From NCBI GenBank assembly GCA_046537875.1, contig JBKHJZ010000001.1, positions 16,253-80,252 of the forward strand: a DNA stretch of 64,000 bases, written 5' to 3'. This DNA is from Acidimicrobiia bacterium. GTDB lineage: Bacteria; Actinomycetota; Acidimicrobiia; Acidimicrobiales; VFJN01. The stretch's first letter is position 1, and every line of letters begins with the position of its first letter. The notes under the pieces are model-generated. The model searched no databases, had not been told where the DNA came from, and was given only the letters and a program-made list of their open reading frames with translations. Position numbers and translations under genes: made by a program. This document shows, piece by piece, positions 9,211-19,181 of the stretch.

Positions 9211-10866
9211 TTGGGTACCAGGACCGAGCGCCGCCGCTGGCAGCTGCGGGACGTCCCAGCCGACCTGGTCGAGCGCTACGAGCGCGACGGGTGGTGGACC
9301 GAGGAGACGCTGAGCGGTCGCATCGCCGACTGGCTCGCCGGTGCGCCGGCCACCCCCGTGCACGTCCACTCCCGCACGCACGGCTGGGCGGGCACCTACG
9401 GGGCCGTCGACGACGAGGCCCGGCGCCTGGTCTCCCTGCTGCGCGACCACGGGCTCGAGGCCGGCGACGTGGTCGCCTTCCAGATCCCCAACTGGCGCGA
9501 GGCGATCGTCTCCTTCGCGGCCCTGGCGATGGGCGGCTACGTGCTGGTGCCGATCGTGCACATCTACGGCCGCAAGGAGGTGTCGTTCATCCTCGACGAG
9601 TGCGGGGCCGACGCCTACCTGTCGCCGGCGGCGTTCGGGCACGTCGACCACCTCGACATCATCGACACGCACCGGCCGGCCTCGCTGCGGCTGCACGTGG
9701 TCACCGGCGACGGCGCCGACCGCGAGCCGCCGGCCGGCGTGCGGCGCGTGGCGTGGGGTGAGGTCGAGCGCCACGAGCCCGCAACCGACCTGCCGGCGCC
9801 CGCGCCCGGCGACGTGGCCGTGCTCGCCTACACGTCGGGCACGACGAGCGACCCGAAGGGCGTCATCCACGACCACCGCACCATGCTGAGCGAGTTGCGG
9901 CACATGGACGCCTGGGTCACCGACAGGCCGAACCTCATGGGCTCGCCCGTCACCCACGCCACCGGGATGCTCGGCGCCGTGCTCGGCCCGCTGAAGCGTG
10001 GCGAGGCCATCCACGTCATCGACCGGTGGGACCCGGGGCACGCCCTCCAGGTCATGCGCGAGCACGGGATCGGTGGCGGCACGGGCGCGTCGGTCTTCCT
10101 CGCCACGCTGCTCGACCACCCCGATTTCACGCCGGAGCACGCCGCCACCATGGCGCGCGTCGGCCTCGGCGGGGCGCCCGTGCCGGTCGCCCTCGGGCGC
10201 CGCGCCCAGGCGCTGGGCATCAGCATCATCCGCGCCTACGGCTCCACCGAGCACCCCTCGATCACCGGCAGCCGGTTCGACGACCCCGCGGACGTGCGCC
10301 ACACCACCGACGGCGCGCCCATGCCCGGCGTCGAGATCCGCCTGGTGGATCTCGACGGCCACGAGGTCGGACCGGGCACGCCCGGCGAGATCGTGTCCCG
10401 CGGGCCCGAGCTGTGCCTCGGGTACACGAACCCGGCACTGAACGCCGCGTTCGACGGCGACGGCTGGTACCGCACCGGCGACATCGGCGTCCTCGACGAG
10501 GCCGGCAACCTCACGATCACCGACCGGGTCAGGGACATCATCATCCGCGGCGGGGAGAACCTGTCGGCCGCCGAGATCGAGCAGGCCATCGCCACGATGC
10601 CCGGTGTCGCCGAGGTGGCCGTGGTCGCCGTCCCCGACGACCGCCTCGGCGAGCGGGCCTGCGCGGTGGTGCGCATGGTCGACGGCCACGACGCCCCCGG
10701 CCTCCCCGACCTCGCCGCCCACCTCGAGGGTGTCGGCCTCGCCCGGCAGAAGTGGCCGGAGGAGCTGCGCGCCGTCGCCGACTTCCCTCGCACCGCGTCG
10801 GGCAAGGTCCGCAAGGTCGATCTCCGCGCCGGGCTCCGCGCGGAGCAGAGCGAAGGTGGGCGGTGA
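9211..10866 (+). CDS. AMP-dependent acyl-CoA synthetase/ligase
   Basis: TTG start 5 nt after AGGAGGA. YTSGTTSDPKGV, YGSTE, YRTGDIG and SGKVRK adenylate-forming motifs. Confidence 0.85.
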   Translation: MGTRTERRRWQLRDVPADLVERYERDGWWTEETLSGRIADWLAGAPATPVHVHSRTHGWAGTYGAVDDEARRLVSLLRDHGLEAGDVVAFQIPNWREAIVSFAALAMGGYVLVPIVHIYGRKEVSFILDECGADAYLSPAAFGHVDHLDIIDTHRPASLRLHVVTGDGADREPPAGVRRVAWGEVERHEPATDLPAPAPGDVAVLAYTSGTTSDPKGVIHDHRTMLSELRHMDAWVTDRPNLMGSPVTHATGMLGAVLGPLKRGEAIHVIDRWDPGHALQVMREHGIGGGTGASVFLATLLDHPDFTPEHAATMARVGLGGAPVPVALGRRAQALGISIIRAYGSTEHPSITGSRFDDPADVRHTTDGAPMPGVEIRLVDLDGHEVGPGTPGEIVSRGPELCLGYTNPALNAAFDGDGWYRTGDIGVLDEAGNLTITDRVRDIIIRGGENLSAAEIEQAIATMPGVAEVAVVAVPDDRLGERACAVVRMVDGHDAPGLPDLAAHLEGVGLARQKWPEELRAVADFPRTASGKVRKVDLRAGLRAEQSEGGR

Positions 10867-12032
10867 TGGACTTCAGCCGCTCCGACGATCACGAGGCCAT
10901 CCGCGAGGGCATCCGGCGGATCTGCGCCGACTTCCCGGACGAGTACTGGTCGGCCCGGGACGAAGCCCACGAGTTCCCGTGGGCGTTCTACGAGAAGCTC
11001 GCCGAGGGCGGCTGGGTGGGCATCGCCATCCCCGAGGAGCACGGCGGCGGCGGCATGGGCATCACCGAGGCGTCGATCATGCTCGAGGAGATCGCCGCCT
11101 CGGGCGCGGCGATGAACGGCTGCTCGGCCGTCCACCTCTCCATCTTCGGGATGGAGCCGGTGCGCCGCTACGGCTCGCCGGAGCTGGCGGCCCAGGTGCT
11201 CCCACGGGTCGCCACCGGCGAGCTGCACGTGGCCTTCGGCGTGACCGAGCCCGACGCCGGCACCGACACCACGTCGATCCGCACCCGGGCCGAGCGCGAC
11301 GGCGACGAGTACGTGGTCACCGGCGCCAAGGTCTGGACCACCAAGGCCCCGTACAGCGAGCTCTGCCTGCTGCTGGTGCGCACGACGCCCCGGGAGGAGT
11401 GCGAGAAGCCCACGCAGGGCATGACGCTGCTGCTGGTCGACCTTCAGGACCCCGCCGTCGACATCACCCCGATCCCGAAGCTCGGCCGCAACGCCGTGGT
11501 GTCCTGCGAGGTGCGCTACGAGGGGCTGCGCGTGCCGGTGACCCGGCGCGTCGGCGCGGAGGGCGAGGGGTTCCGCTACCTGCTCGACGGCCTCAACCCC
11601 GAGCGCATCCTGCTCGGCGCCGAGTCCCTCGGCATCGGCCGCGCCGCCATGGCCCGGGCCGTGCGGTACGGCAAGGAACGGGTGGTCTTCGGCCGTCCCA
11701 TCGGCCAGAACCAGGGCCTGGCGTTCCCGCTCGCCGAGGCGCACATGGCGCTCCACGCCGCCGAGCTCGCGGTGCGGGAGGCGTCGTGGCGCTTCGACGA
11801 GGGCCTGCCGTGCGGCGAGGCGGCGAACACGGCCAAGTACCTCGCCGCCGAGGCCGCGTTCTTCGCCTGCGACCGGGCCGTCCAGACCCACGGGGGCATG
11901 GGCTACGCGCGCGAGTACCACGTGGAGCGCTACTGGCGGGAGGCCCGGCTCATGAAGATCGCGCCGGTGAGCCAGGAGATGGTCTGCAACTACATCAGCA
12001 CGAACGTGTTGGGGCTGCCCAAGTCGTACTGA
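10866..12032 (+). CDS. Acyl-CoA dehydrogenase (stand-alone)
   Basis: The ATG shares 1 nt with the upstream TGA (GTGATG at 10863-10868). 388 aa. GVTEPDAGTDTTS, FGRPIGQNQGLAFPLAE and THGGMGYAREY motifs. Confidence 0.85.
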   Translation: MDFSRSDDHEAIREGIRRICADFPDEYWSARDEAHEFPWAFYEKLAEGGWVGIAIPEEHGGGGMGITEASIMLEEIAASGAAMNGCSAVHLSIFGMEPVRRYGSPELAAQVLPRVATGELHVAFGVTEPDAGTDTTSIRTRAERDGDEYVVTGAKVWTTKAPYSELCLLLVRTTPREECEKPTQGMTLLLVDLQDPAVDITPIPKLGRNAVVSCEVRYEGLRVPVTRRVGAEGEGFRYLLDGLNPERILLGAESLGIGRAAMARAVRYGKERVVFGRPIGQNQGLAFPLAEAHMALHAAELAVREASWRFDEGLPCGEAANTAKYLAAEAAFFACDRAVQTHGGMGYAREYHVERYWREARLMKIAPVSQEMVCNYISTNVLGLPKSY

Positions 12033-12051
12033 GCGCCGGGTGGGCGGCGGG

Positions 12052-12083
12052 GGTGCGGGCCGGCGGCGGACCGCCGGCGCACC
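12052..12083. terminator. GC-rich hairpin between convergent genes (possible bidirectional intrinsic terminator)
   Basis: GCCGGCGG (12059-12066) pairs with CCGCCGGC (12071-12078) across a 4-nt loop. The stem is extended by GGTGC/GCACC after a 2-nt bulge. No U-tract, as is common in high-GC actinobacteria. Confidence 0.4.
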
Positions 12084-12091
12084 GCCCGGGA

Positions 12092-13561
12092 TCAGCCGGC
12101 CGGCGTGGCCAGCAGCTTCATCTGCAGGAACTCCTCGAGCCCGGCGATGCCGTTCTCGCGGCCGAAGCCGGACTCCTTGTACCCGCCGAAGGGCGCGTCG
12201 GGGGCGTGCCACATGCCGCCGTTGACGCTGATGGTGCCGGTGCGGATCCGCTGGGCCACCTTCACGGCGCGGTCCTCGTCCTCGGCGACGACCCCGCCGG
12301 AGAGGCCGTAGCGCGAGTTGTTGGCGATGCGGATGGCGTCGTCGTCGCCGTCGTGGGGCTGCACCACGAGCACCGGGCCGAACACCTCGTTCTGGGCGAT
12401 CTCGCTGTCCTCGGCGGCGCCGACGACGAGCGTCGGCGTGTAGAAGAAGCCCTTCTCGTGGTCGGTCGACATGCCGCCGGTGACGACGGTGGCGCCGTCG
12501 GCCACGGCCCGGTCGACCATGCCCTGCACCTTCTCGCGCTGGCGCTGGTTGATGAGCGGTCCGAGGTAGGTGGAGGGGTCGAACGGGTCGCCCACCTGCA
12601 GGCTCTCGAGGACGGACCTGGCCGTCTCGACGGCCTGGTCGAGGTGGGTGCGCGGCACGACGAGCCGGGAGGTGATCGCGCAGCCCTGGCCGCTGTGCGA
12701 GCAGGTGGCCATGGCGGCCACGAACGCGCCCCCGTCGACGCTGGCCCCGTCGAGCACCACCATGGCGGACTTGCCGCCGAGCTCGAGGAACACCTTCTTC
12801 AGCGTGTCGCTGGCCGCCTTCATGATCGACTTGCCCACAGGTGTCGACCCGGTGAACGTGATCATGTCGACCCGGGGGTCGGTGGTCATCCGCACGCCGG
12901 GGTCGACCTCGCTCGAGGCCAGCACGTTCACCACCCCCGGCTCGATGTCCGTCCGGTTCGCGACGAGGTCGGCGAGGGCGAGGGTGATGAGCGGCGTGTC
13001 GGGCGCACCCTTCAGCACCGTGGTGCAGCCGGCGGCGAGGGACGGGCCCAGCTTCGCCAGGTTCAGCTGCGTGGGGTAGTTGTACGCCGAGATGGCGCTG
13101 ACCACGCCGACCGGCTCCCGCAGGATCCGGCGGCGGTGGAGGCTGCCGTAGGCCTCGTGGGTGCCGAGGTCGACCGTGCCGTCGTAGGACTCGGCGAGGT
13201 CGGCGTAGTAGTCGAGGATCCCGATGGGCCCCTCGAGCGCCGGGCCGCTGGTCATCGAGATCGGCACGCCGACCTCGTGCACGGTGAGGGCCCGCAGCTC
13301 CTCGAGGTCGTCGCGCATCGCCGCCGCCAGCTGGCGCAGGCAGGCGGCGCGGTGCTTGGGCTCGGTGGACCACGACGTCTCGTCGAACGCCCGCCGGGCG
13401 GCGCCGATGGCCCGGTCGACGTCGGCCACGGAGGCGTCCGCCGCCTCGCCGACGACCTCCTCGGTGGCCGGGTCGACGGAGGCGAACCGCCGGCCGCGCT
13501 CCGCGTCCACCAGCTCGCCGTCGATGAGCAGCCGGTCGTTCGGTCGTGCGGACAAGGCCAT
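12092..13561 (-). CDS. NAD(P)-dependent aldehyde dehydrogenase
   Basis: ELGGKS and GQGCAITSR (catalytic Cys) motifs. ATG at 13561 is preferred over the ORF-track start at 13609 because GGGGGACGGAAG precedes it. Confidence 0.85.
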   Translation of the reverse strand: MALSARPNDRLLIDGELVDAERGRRFASVDPATEEVVGEAADASVADVDRAIGAARRAFDETSWSTEPKHRAACLRQLAAAMRDDLEELRALTVHEVGVPISMTSGPALEGPIGILDYYADLAESYDGTVDLGTHEAYGSLHRRRILREPVGVVSAISAYNYPTQLNLAKLGPSLAAGCTTVLKGAPDTPLITLALADLVANRTDIEPGVVNVLASSEVDPGVRMTTDPRVDMITFTGSTPVGKSIMKAASDTLKKVFLELGGKSAMVVLDGASVDGGAFVAAMATCSHSGQGCAITSRLVVPRTHLDQAVETARSVLESLQVGDPFDPSTYLGPLINQRQREKVQGMVDRAVADGATVVTGGMSTDHEKGFFYTPTLVVGAAEDSEIAQNEVFGPVLVVQPHDGDDDAIRIANNSRYGLSGGVVAEDEDRAVKVAQRIRTGTISVNGGMWHAPDAPFGGYKESGFGRENGIAGLEEFLQMKLLATPAG

Positions 13562-13655
13562 CTTCCGTCCCCCTCGTCGGGCTGCGGCCACGTCCACATC
13601 AGTCGTCACCCGGTCGCCGCGGTGACGGGACGAGCATGGCAGCCGATCTGCAACT

Positions 13656-13680
13656 TGTACTCTCTCGCCGCGAGAGTACA
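13656..13680. promoter_or_regulatory. Candidate operator: TGTACTCTC-N7-GAGAGTACA perfect 9-bp inverted repeat
   Basis: It sits in the 307-bp divergent region between the aldehyde dehydrogenase and amidohydrolase genes, inside an AT-richer patch. Confidence 0.35.
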
Positions 13681-13868
13681 GTTTTCGCCCCGGTGCGGTC
13701 GTCGTCGGGAGCGGTCCCGGTCGACGGCACTGGCACCGCCGACGTCGACAGCGGTGCTGCGATCCGCGCGCTTGTGTCGCCGCTACCGCTCTGAGAGAAT
13801 GATGTTCTCAGGCGCGAGGCGTACCTTCTTCGGCGACGCCATCGCCGTACACGAGTGAGGGGACTTCG

Positions 13869-15089
13869 ATGAGCTCGCCATCCGGCATTCCCGTCTTCGA
13901 CGCCGACAACCACTTCTACGAGACGACGGAGTCCCTGACCCGCCACCTGCCCGACCGCTACCGGAGCGCCATCCAGTACGTGAAGCTGGAGAACGGGCGC
14001 ACCAAGCTGGCGGTGGGCGGCAAGATCAGCGAGTACATCCCCAACCCCACGTTCGACGTGGTGGCGCGCCCCGGCGCCCAGGAGGAGTACTACCGGGTCG
14101 GCAATCCCGAGGGGAAGAGCCGCCGCGAGCTGTTCGGCAAACCGATCAAGTCGCCGCCGGCGTTCCGGGCGCCCAAGCCCCGCCTCGAGCTGATGGACGA
14201 GCAGGGCCTCGACCGCACGCTCATGTTCCCGACCCTCGCCAGCGTCGTCGAGCAGCGCATGAAGGACGATCCGTTCTTCCTGCACGCCGCCATCCACGCG
14301 CTCAACCAGTGGATGTACGAGGAGTGGCAGTTCAACTACGAGGACCGGATCTTCTCGACGCCGGTCATCACGCTGCCCATCGTCGAGAAGGCGATCGAGG
14401 AGCTCGAGTGGGTGGTCGAGCGGGGCGCCAAGGTCGTGCTCATCCGGCCGGCGCCGGTGCCCGGCTTCCGCGGCACGCGCTCGTTCGCGCTGCCCGAGTT
14501 CGACCCGTTCTGGCGGCGCGTGGTGGAGCTCGACATCCTGGTCGCGCTGCACTCCTCCGACAGCGGCTACGACCAGATCGCCAACTGGTGGGAGGGCAGC
14601 GACCAGGAGATGCTGCCGTTCCAGCCTGCGGCGTTCCGGATGCTCTCCTCGTGGCGTCCCATCGAGGACTCGGTGGCGTCGCTGATCGCGCACGGAGCGC
14701 TCACCCGGCACCCGGAGCTGAGGATCGCGGTGGTCGAGAACGGCGCCTCGTGGGTCGAGCCGCTGCAGAAGGCGCTCAGGGACACCTACAAGAAGATGCC
14801 GCAGGACTTCCCCGAGGAGCCCATCGCCGCCATGCGGCGCTGCATCCACATCAGCCCGTTCTGGGAGGAGGACTACGGCTACCTCGCGGAGCTCCTCGGC
14901 GAGGACAACGTGCTGTTCGGGTCCGACTACCCGCACCCCGAGGGTCTGGCGAACCCGGTGTCGTACGTCGACGACCTCAGCCACCACACCGAGGAGCGGC
15001 TCCGCAAGTTCATGGGCGGCAACCTCGCCCGCCTCATGAACGTGGAGAACACCCCCGTCGCGTCGGCCCCGGTGGCCTCCGCCCGCTGA
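13869..15089 (+). CDS. Amidohydrolase-2 (PF04909-like) family protein, paralog A
   Basis: 406 aa. N-terminal FDADNHFYE and C-terminal GSDYPHPEG motifs are shared with the paralogs at 39733 and 54087. Confidence 0.8.
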   Translation: MSSPSGIPVFDADNHFYETTESLTRHLPDRYRSAIQYVKLENGRTKLAVGGKISEYIPNPTFDVVARPGAQEEYYRVGNPEGKSRRELFGKPIKSPPAFRAPKPRLELMDEQGLDRTLMFPTLASVVEQRMKDDPFFLHAAIHALNQWMYEEWQFNYEDRIFSTPVITLPIVEKAIEELEWVVERGAKVVLIRPAPVPGFRGTRSFALPEFDPFWRRVVELDILVALHSSDSGYDQIANWWEGSDQEMLPFQPAAFRMLSSWRPIEDSVASLIAHGALTRHPELRIAVVENGASWVEPLQKALRDTYKKMPQDFPEEPIAAMRRCIHISPFWEEDYGYLAELLGEDNVLFGSDYPHPEGLANPVSYVDDLSHHTEERLRKFMGGNLARLMNVENTPVASAPVASAR

Positions 15090-15118
15090 GCCCGGTGCCC
15101 TGAGCCCGTTCCCTGAGG

Positions 15119-15148
15119 GGGGCTGCCCGCGTTCGGGCGGGCAGCCCC
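15119..15148. terminator. Strong hairpin between convergent genes
   Basis: Perfect 12-bp stem, GGGGCTGCCCGC (15119-15130) with GCGGGCAGCCCC (15137-15148), and a 6-nt loop GTTCGG. Confidence 0.55.
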
Positions 15149-15172
15149 GTCCAGCCCCGTCCGACGGGCCCC

Positions 15173-15943
15173 TCAGCCCTTCTCGAGCGCCTTGTCCAGG
15201 AAGGCCCTGATCTCGTCGGTGCCGAACGACTCGTACTCGCCGGCGAGGGCGAAGTCGATGGTGGCCAGCACGGCCCGCTCCATGTGGATGTTCAGCACGC
15301 GCTTCGTGGTCTCGACCGCGTACTGCGGCAGCGTGGCGATCCGGCGGGCGCACGCCATCGCCCGGTCGACCACCTCCTCCGGCTCCACCACGTGGTTCAC
15401 CAGGCCGATCTCGCGGGCCCGCTCGGCGGGGATCCGCTCACCGGTGAAGGCGAACTCCTTCGCCAGCAGGAGGCTGGTGTGCAGGGGCCAGGTGATGGGG
15501 CCGCCGTCCGCCGCCACCAGCCCGACCACCACGTGCGGGTCGGCGAGGTGCGCCCGGCTGCTCATGAACACCACGTCGGACAGCGACACGAGGCTGCAGC
15601 CGAGGCCGACGGCCGGCCCGTTGACCGCCGTGACGACCGGGACCCGGCACTGGACCATGTTCATCACCAGGCGCCGGCCGGTGGCCAGCGAGGTGCGCCG
15701 CAGGTCGAGATCGGTGGTCTGCTCGCGGAGGTAGGTGAAGTCGCCGCCGGCGGAGAACGCACGCCCGTTGCCGGTCAGGACGACGGCCCGGGCCTCCCGG
15801 TCGCGGCTGATCTGCGGCCACAGGTCGGCGATGCCCTCGTGCAGCCCGTGGTTGAGAGCGTTGAGCTCGTCGGGCCGGTTCAGGCGGACGATCCGGATGG
15901 CGCCGTCGGCCTCGACCACGATCTCCTCGGGCACGTCGTACAC
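15173..15943 (-). CDS. Enoyl-CoA hydratase/isomerase family protein
   Basis: GTG at 15943 lies 6 nt after GAGGAGG. IVRLNRPDELNAL and FSAGGDF oxyanion-hole motif. The upstream part of ORF 15173..16222 is Arg/Pro-rich and not coding-like. Confidence 0.85.
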   Translation of the reverse strand: MYDVPEEIVVEADGAIRIVRLNRPDELNALNHGLHEGIADLWPQISRDREARAVVLTGNGRAFSAGGDFTYLREQTTDLDLRRTSLATGRRLVMNMVQCRVPVVTAVNGPAVGLGCSLVSLSDVVFMSSRAHLADPHVVVGLVAADGGPITWPLHTSLLLAKEFAFTGERIPAERAREIGLVNHVVEPEEVVDRAMACARRIATLPQYAVETTKRVLNIHMERAVLATIDFALAGEYESFGTDEIRAFLDKALEKG

Positions 15944-16007
15944 GGGTTCCTCCTCGGGTGCAGGGTGGCGAGGGCGGACCGGGGCCGGCGCAGCGGGGCC
16001 GGGCCGG

Positions 16008-16727
16008 TCACGCGCGGGCCCGGCGGCGGCGCGGGCCCGGCGACCGGGACGCCACGACGTCGTCCGGCGCGATGGCGTGCAGGCAGAACTCCCACATCTC
16101 CGCGGCCGTGATGGGCTGGCGGGCGCCGCCGCTGCGGCCGGCGGTCGTGGTGGCCGCCTGCAGCACCATCGCCGCCAACCGGCGGGGCGATCCCGGACGC
16201 AGGAGGCCGGCGGTGGCCGCATCGTCGAGCATGCCGGCCATGTGGTCGAACAGCGGGGTGTAGGCCCGCGAGACCTCGTCGGGATGGGTCAGCAGCAGGC
16301 GCTGGGCGAACTCGAAGAAGAGCGGCTGCTCGGGGGCCCGGCCGGGGCTGCACAGCTCGTAGAGGACGAGCACGGTCTGCTCGAGGCGGTCGAGGGGATC
16401 GCCCTCCTCCGTGGCCGCCCTGATGCGCTGCACGGCCTCGTTCATCTCCTCCTCGAACAGCGCAAGGAGCAGCTCGTGCTTGCCGTCGAAGTACTGGTAG
16501 AAGCTGCGCAACGACAGCTCCGAGCGGTCGACGACCTCCTGGACCGTGAACTCGACCGAGCTCTTCTCGGCGATGATCTCGCGGGCGGCGTTGAGGAACC
16601 GCTGCACGCGCCTGGCGGCACGCAGCCGGGCCCCGCGGGTGGACCGCTCGATCGCCCGCTCGCGCCAGGCCCCGTCGGCGACGTGGCCGACGGCGACCTC
16701 GCCCGCCTGCTGCTCTGCCTCTGCCAT
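16008..16727 (-). CDS. TetR/AcrR family transcriptional regulator
   Basis: Helix-turn-helix region FTVQEVVDRSELSLRSFYQYFDGKHELL. It is divergent from the ligase at 16901. Confidence 0.8.
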   Translation of the reverse strand: MAEAEQQAGEVAVGHVADGAWRERAIERSTRGARLRAARRVQRFLNAAREIIAEKSSVEFTVQEVVDRSELSLRSFYQYFDGKHELLLALFEEEMNEAVQRIRAATEEGDPLDRLEQTVLVLYELCSPGRAPEQPLFFEFAQRLLLTHPDEVSRAYTPLFDHMAGMLDDAATAGLLRPGSPRRLAAMVLQAATTTAGRSGGARQPITAAEMWEFCLHAIAPDDVVASRSPGPRRRRARA

Positions 16728-16900
16728 GGTCTCACCCTACTGGGGCTCGCATGGCGATCGCGATCTGCGCGAACCTCGTTCTGATTGCCCTCGCGGCACC
16801 CGAGAGCGCCGTTCGCGCCCAGGGACGCCGCATCGGCGTCACATACCTGCGGCCGCCTCCGTCGGTGGCGGCCCGTGCGGACCGTGGAGGCGAGCGAGCA

Positions 16901-18496
16901 GTGACCGACGTCGATCAGCAGTGGACCAGCATCCCGGCGATGGCCGCGGGCGCGGCGGAGCGGTCGGGCCCGCAGGCCGCGGTGGTCGAGGGCGATCGCC
17001 GGTGGAGCTACGCCGAGCTGCTCGCGGAGGCCACCGACGTCGGCGCCGCGCTGGTGTCCGCCGGTGTCGAGGCGGGCGATCGCGTCGCGATCTGGGCGCC
17101 CAACAGCGCCAGGTGGATCATCACCGCCCTGGGGCTGTGGCAGGCGGGTGCGGTGCTGGTGCCGATCAACACCCGCTTCAAGGGCCCCGAAGCAGCCGAC
17201 ATCCTCGGGCGCAGCCGCGCCCGCGTCCTGATCACGGTCACCGACTTCCTCGGGGCGGACCACGTGGCGATGCTGCGCACCGCCGGCGTCGACCTCCCGG
17301 ACCTCGCGACCACCGTGGTGGTCGAGGGGCCGGTGCCCCCCGGCGCCCGGTCCTGGGAGGACGTCGTCGCGGGGGCCGGCGGCGCCGCACGTGACGAGCT
17401 GGTGCGGCGGGCCGGCGCGGTGTCGGCCGACGACCCCTCCGACATCCTGTTCACCTCCGGGACCACCGGGCGGGCGAAGGGCGTGGTCCAGACCCACGCT
17501 CGCACGCTCCGCGTCGCCACCGACTGGGTGGCGATGACCGGCCTCACCGCCGGCGACCGGTACCTCATGGTGAACCCGTACTTCCACATGTTCGGGCTCA
17601 AGGCCGGCATCCTCGCCGCGGTCGCCGCCGGCGCCACCATGTACCCGGAGCCGGTCTTCGACGTCGACCGCGTGCTCGCCCGCGTCGCCGCGGAGGGCAT
17701 CACCGTCCTCCCCGGGGCGCCGACGATCTACCAGTCGATCCTCGACGCACCGGACCGTGACCGGTACGACCTGTCGAGCCTGCGGGTGGCCGTCACCGGT
17801 GCGGCCGACATCCCGGTGGAGCTCATCCGCCGGATCCACGAGGAGCTGCCGTTCTCCGTGGTGATCACGGGCTACGGGCTCACCGAGGGCGGGACGGCGT
17901 CGGCGACCACGCCCGGCGACGACCCCGAGACCGTGGCCACGACGGTGGGCACGCCCCGTCCCGGCTTCGAGGTGCGCATCGTCGGCCCCGGCGGCGAGGA
18001 CGTGCCGGCCGGCGAGCCGGGGGAGATCCTGCTGCGGGGCGGCAGCATCATGGCGCACTACCTGGACGACGAAAAGGCCACGGCTGCGGCGCTGTCGCCG
18101 GACGGCTGGCTCCGCACCGGCGACCTCGGCGTCATCGGCGACGACGGCCGCCTCCGCATCGTCGGCCGGTCGAAGGACATGTTCATCGTCGGCGGGTTCA
18201 ACGCCTATCCGGCCGAGATCGAGAACGCGCTGCTCGGCCACCCCGACATCGCCCAGGCCGCGGTGATCGGCATCCCCGATACCCGCCTCGGTGAGGTGGG
18301 CATGGCGTTCATCGTGCCGCGGCCCGGCGCAACGCCCTCGGAGCCCGACGTCATCGCGTGGAGCCGCGAGCGGATGGCGAACTACAAGGTGCCGCGGCGG
18401 GTGGCCGTGGTCGACGCGCTGCCGCTCAACGCGACGGGCAAGGTCGTGAAGGAGGAGCTGCGCGCCCTGGCCGCCGAGGGGCCGCGCGCGCTCTGA
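16901..18496 (+). CDS. AMP-dependent acyl-CoA synthetase/ligase
   Basis: GTG at 16901 follows GGAGG. FTSGTTGRAKGV, GYGLTE, LRTGDLG and TGKVVK motifs. Confidence 0.8.
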   Translation: MTDVDQQWTSIPAMAAGAAERSGPQAAVVEGDRRWSYAELLAEATDVGAALVSAGVEAGDRVAIWAPNSARWIITALGLWQAGAVLVPINTRFKGPEAADILGRSRARVLITVTDFLGADHVAMLRTAGVDLPDLATTVVVEGPVPPGARSWEDVVAGAGGAARDELVRRAGAVSADDPSDILFTSGTTGRAKGVVQTHARTLRVATDWVAMTGLTAGDRYLMVNPYFHMFGLKAGILAAVAAGATMYPEPVFDVDRVLARVAAEGITVLPGAPTIYQSILDAPDRDRYDLSSLRVAVTGAADIPVELIRRIHEELPFSVVITGYGLTEGGTASATTPGDDPETVATTVGTPRPGFEVRIVGPGGEDVPAGEPGEILLRGGSIMAHYLDDEKATAAALSPDGWLRTGDLGVIGDDGRLRIVGRSKDMFIVGGFNAYPAEIENALLGHPDIAQAAVIGIPDTRLGEVGMAFIVPRPGATPSEPDVIAWSRERMANYKVPRRVAVVDALPLNATGKVVKEELRALAAEGPRAL

Positions 18497-18503
18497 GCAG
18501 GGC

Positions 18504-19112
18504 TCAACGGCGTTCCCGCGCGGCGCGCGGTGGACGCGGGCCCTCGAGCTCGGTGAGGTACCGCTCGACCGCCTTCCGCGTCTCCGCGTGCCCGAGGCGC
18601 AGGCCCAGGCCGTCCTCCAGCGCGAGCACCCGGGTCACCGACGACAGCAGGACGAGCAGCACGATGGTCGGCACCGGCCCGGTGTCGACCCCGTAGCCCT
18701 CGAGGATGCGGGTCACCGCCTCGACCTCGCGGCGGCGGAACCGCTCGGCGTACTGCGCCACGTCGGCGCGGATCGCCGTGCGGTGGTTGGCCAGCGCCAT
18801 CAGCTCGACGGTGAACGCGGTGCCGGCCGGGTCGTTGCTGAACTCCCACAGGGCCCACAGCGGCTGCTCGGAGGCGAGCGCCCGGGCGTGGCGTTCGAGG
18901 TTCCGTTCCGCGCCGCGCCGGAAGAGGGCGAGGAGCAGGTCGTCCATGGTGCGGAAGTAGTAGTGCACCAGCTGCGGCTTGAGCCCCGCGCGCGCCGCGA
19001 CCTTGCGCGAGGTGACCGCCGCGTACCCGTCCTCGATCATCAGGGCGTGTGCGGCGTCGAGCAGCGCAGCCCTGGTCTCGGAGTCCTCGGCACCGATCCG
19101 GCGTCGGCTCAT
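18504..19112 (-). CDS. TetR family transcriptional regulator
   Basis: HTH region VTSRKVAARAGLKPQLVHYYFRTMDDLL. ATG at 19112 (GAGGA lies 9 nt upstream) is preferred over the ORF-track start at 19151, which has no RBS and overlaps a palindrome. Confidence 0.8.
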   Translation of the reverse strand: MSRRRIGAEDSETRAALLDAAHALMIEDGYAAVTSRKVAARAGLKPQLVHYYFRTMDDLLLALFRRGAERNLERHARALASEQPLWALWEFSNDPAGTAFTVELMALANHRTAIRADVAQYAERFRRREVEAVTRILEGYGVDTGPVPTIVLLVLLSSVTRVLALEDGLGLRLGHAETRKAVERYLTELEGPRPPRAARERR

Positions 19113-19136
19113 GGGTCGGACATCCTCGCGCGGGAC

Positions 19137-19150
19137 TGTCGAGAACGACA
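19137..19150. promoter_or_regulatory. Candidate operator palindrome TGTCGAGAACGACA
   Basis: 5+5-bp inverted repeat with a 4-bp centre, in the divergent gap between the TetR gene (18504..19112) and the ligase gene (19182). Confidence 0.3.
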
Positions 19151-19181
19151 TAGCCGGGAATGTTTGACGGCGCTCTCAGGA

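Noticed and set aside
10236-13373. Very long ORFs in the six-frame track that overlap or run antisense to the called genes. Examples are 10236..13373 (-), 10604..13858 (+), 57918..60632 (-), 3507..5813 (+) and 21709..24213 (-).
   Set aside because: Their translations are dominated by Arg/Pro/Gly/Ala/His runs with no recognisable motifs. This is the expected stop-codon-poor artefact of very GC-rich DNA. In each case another frame or strand encodes a protein with clear family motifs.
16771-16781. GAAC-CTC-GTTC mini-palindrome, together with the 8-bp arms GCGCGAAC...GTTCGCGC, in the TetR(16008)/ligase(16901) divergent region.
   Set aside because: The arms are short and GC-rich repeats of this length are common here. 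It is a plausible operator location, but the sequence evidence is too weak to annotate.
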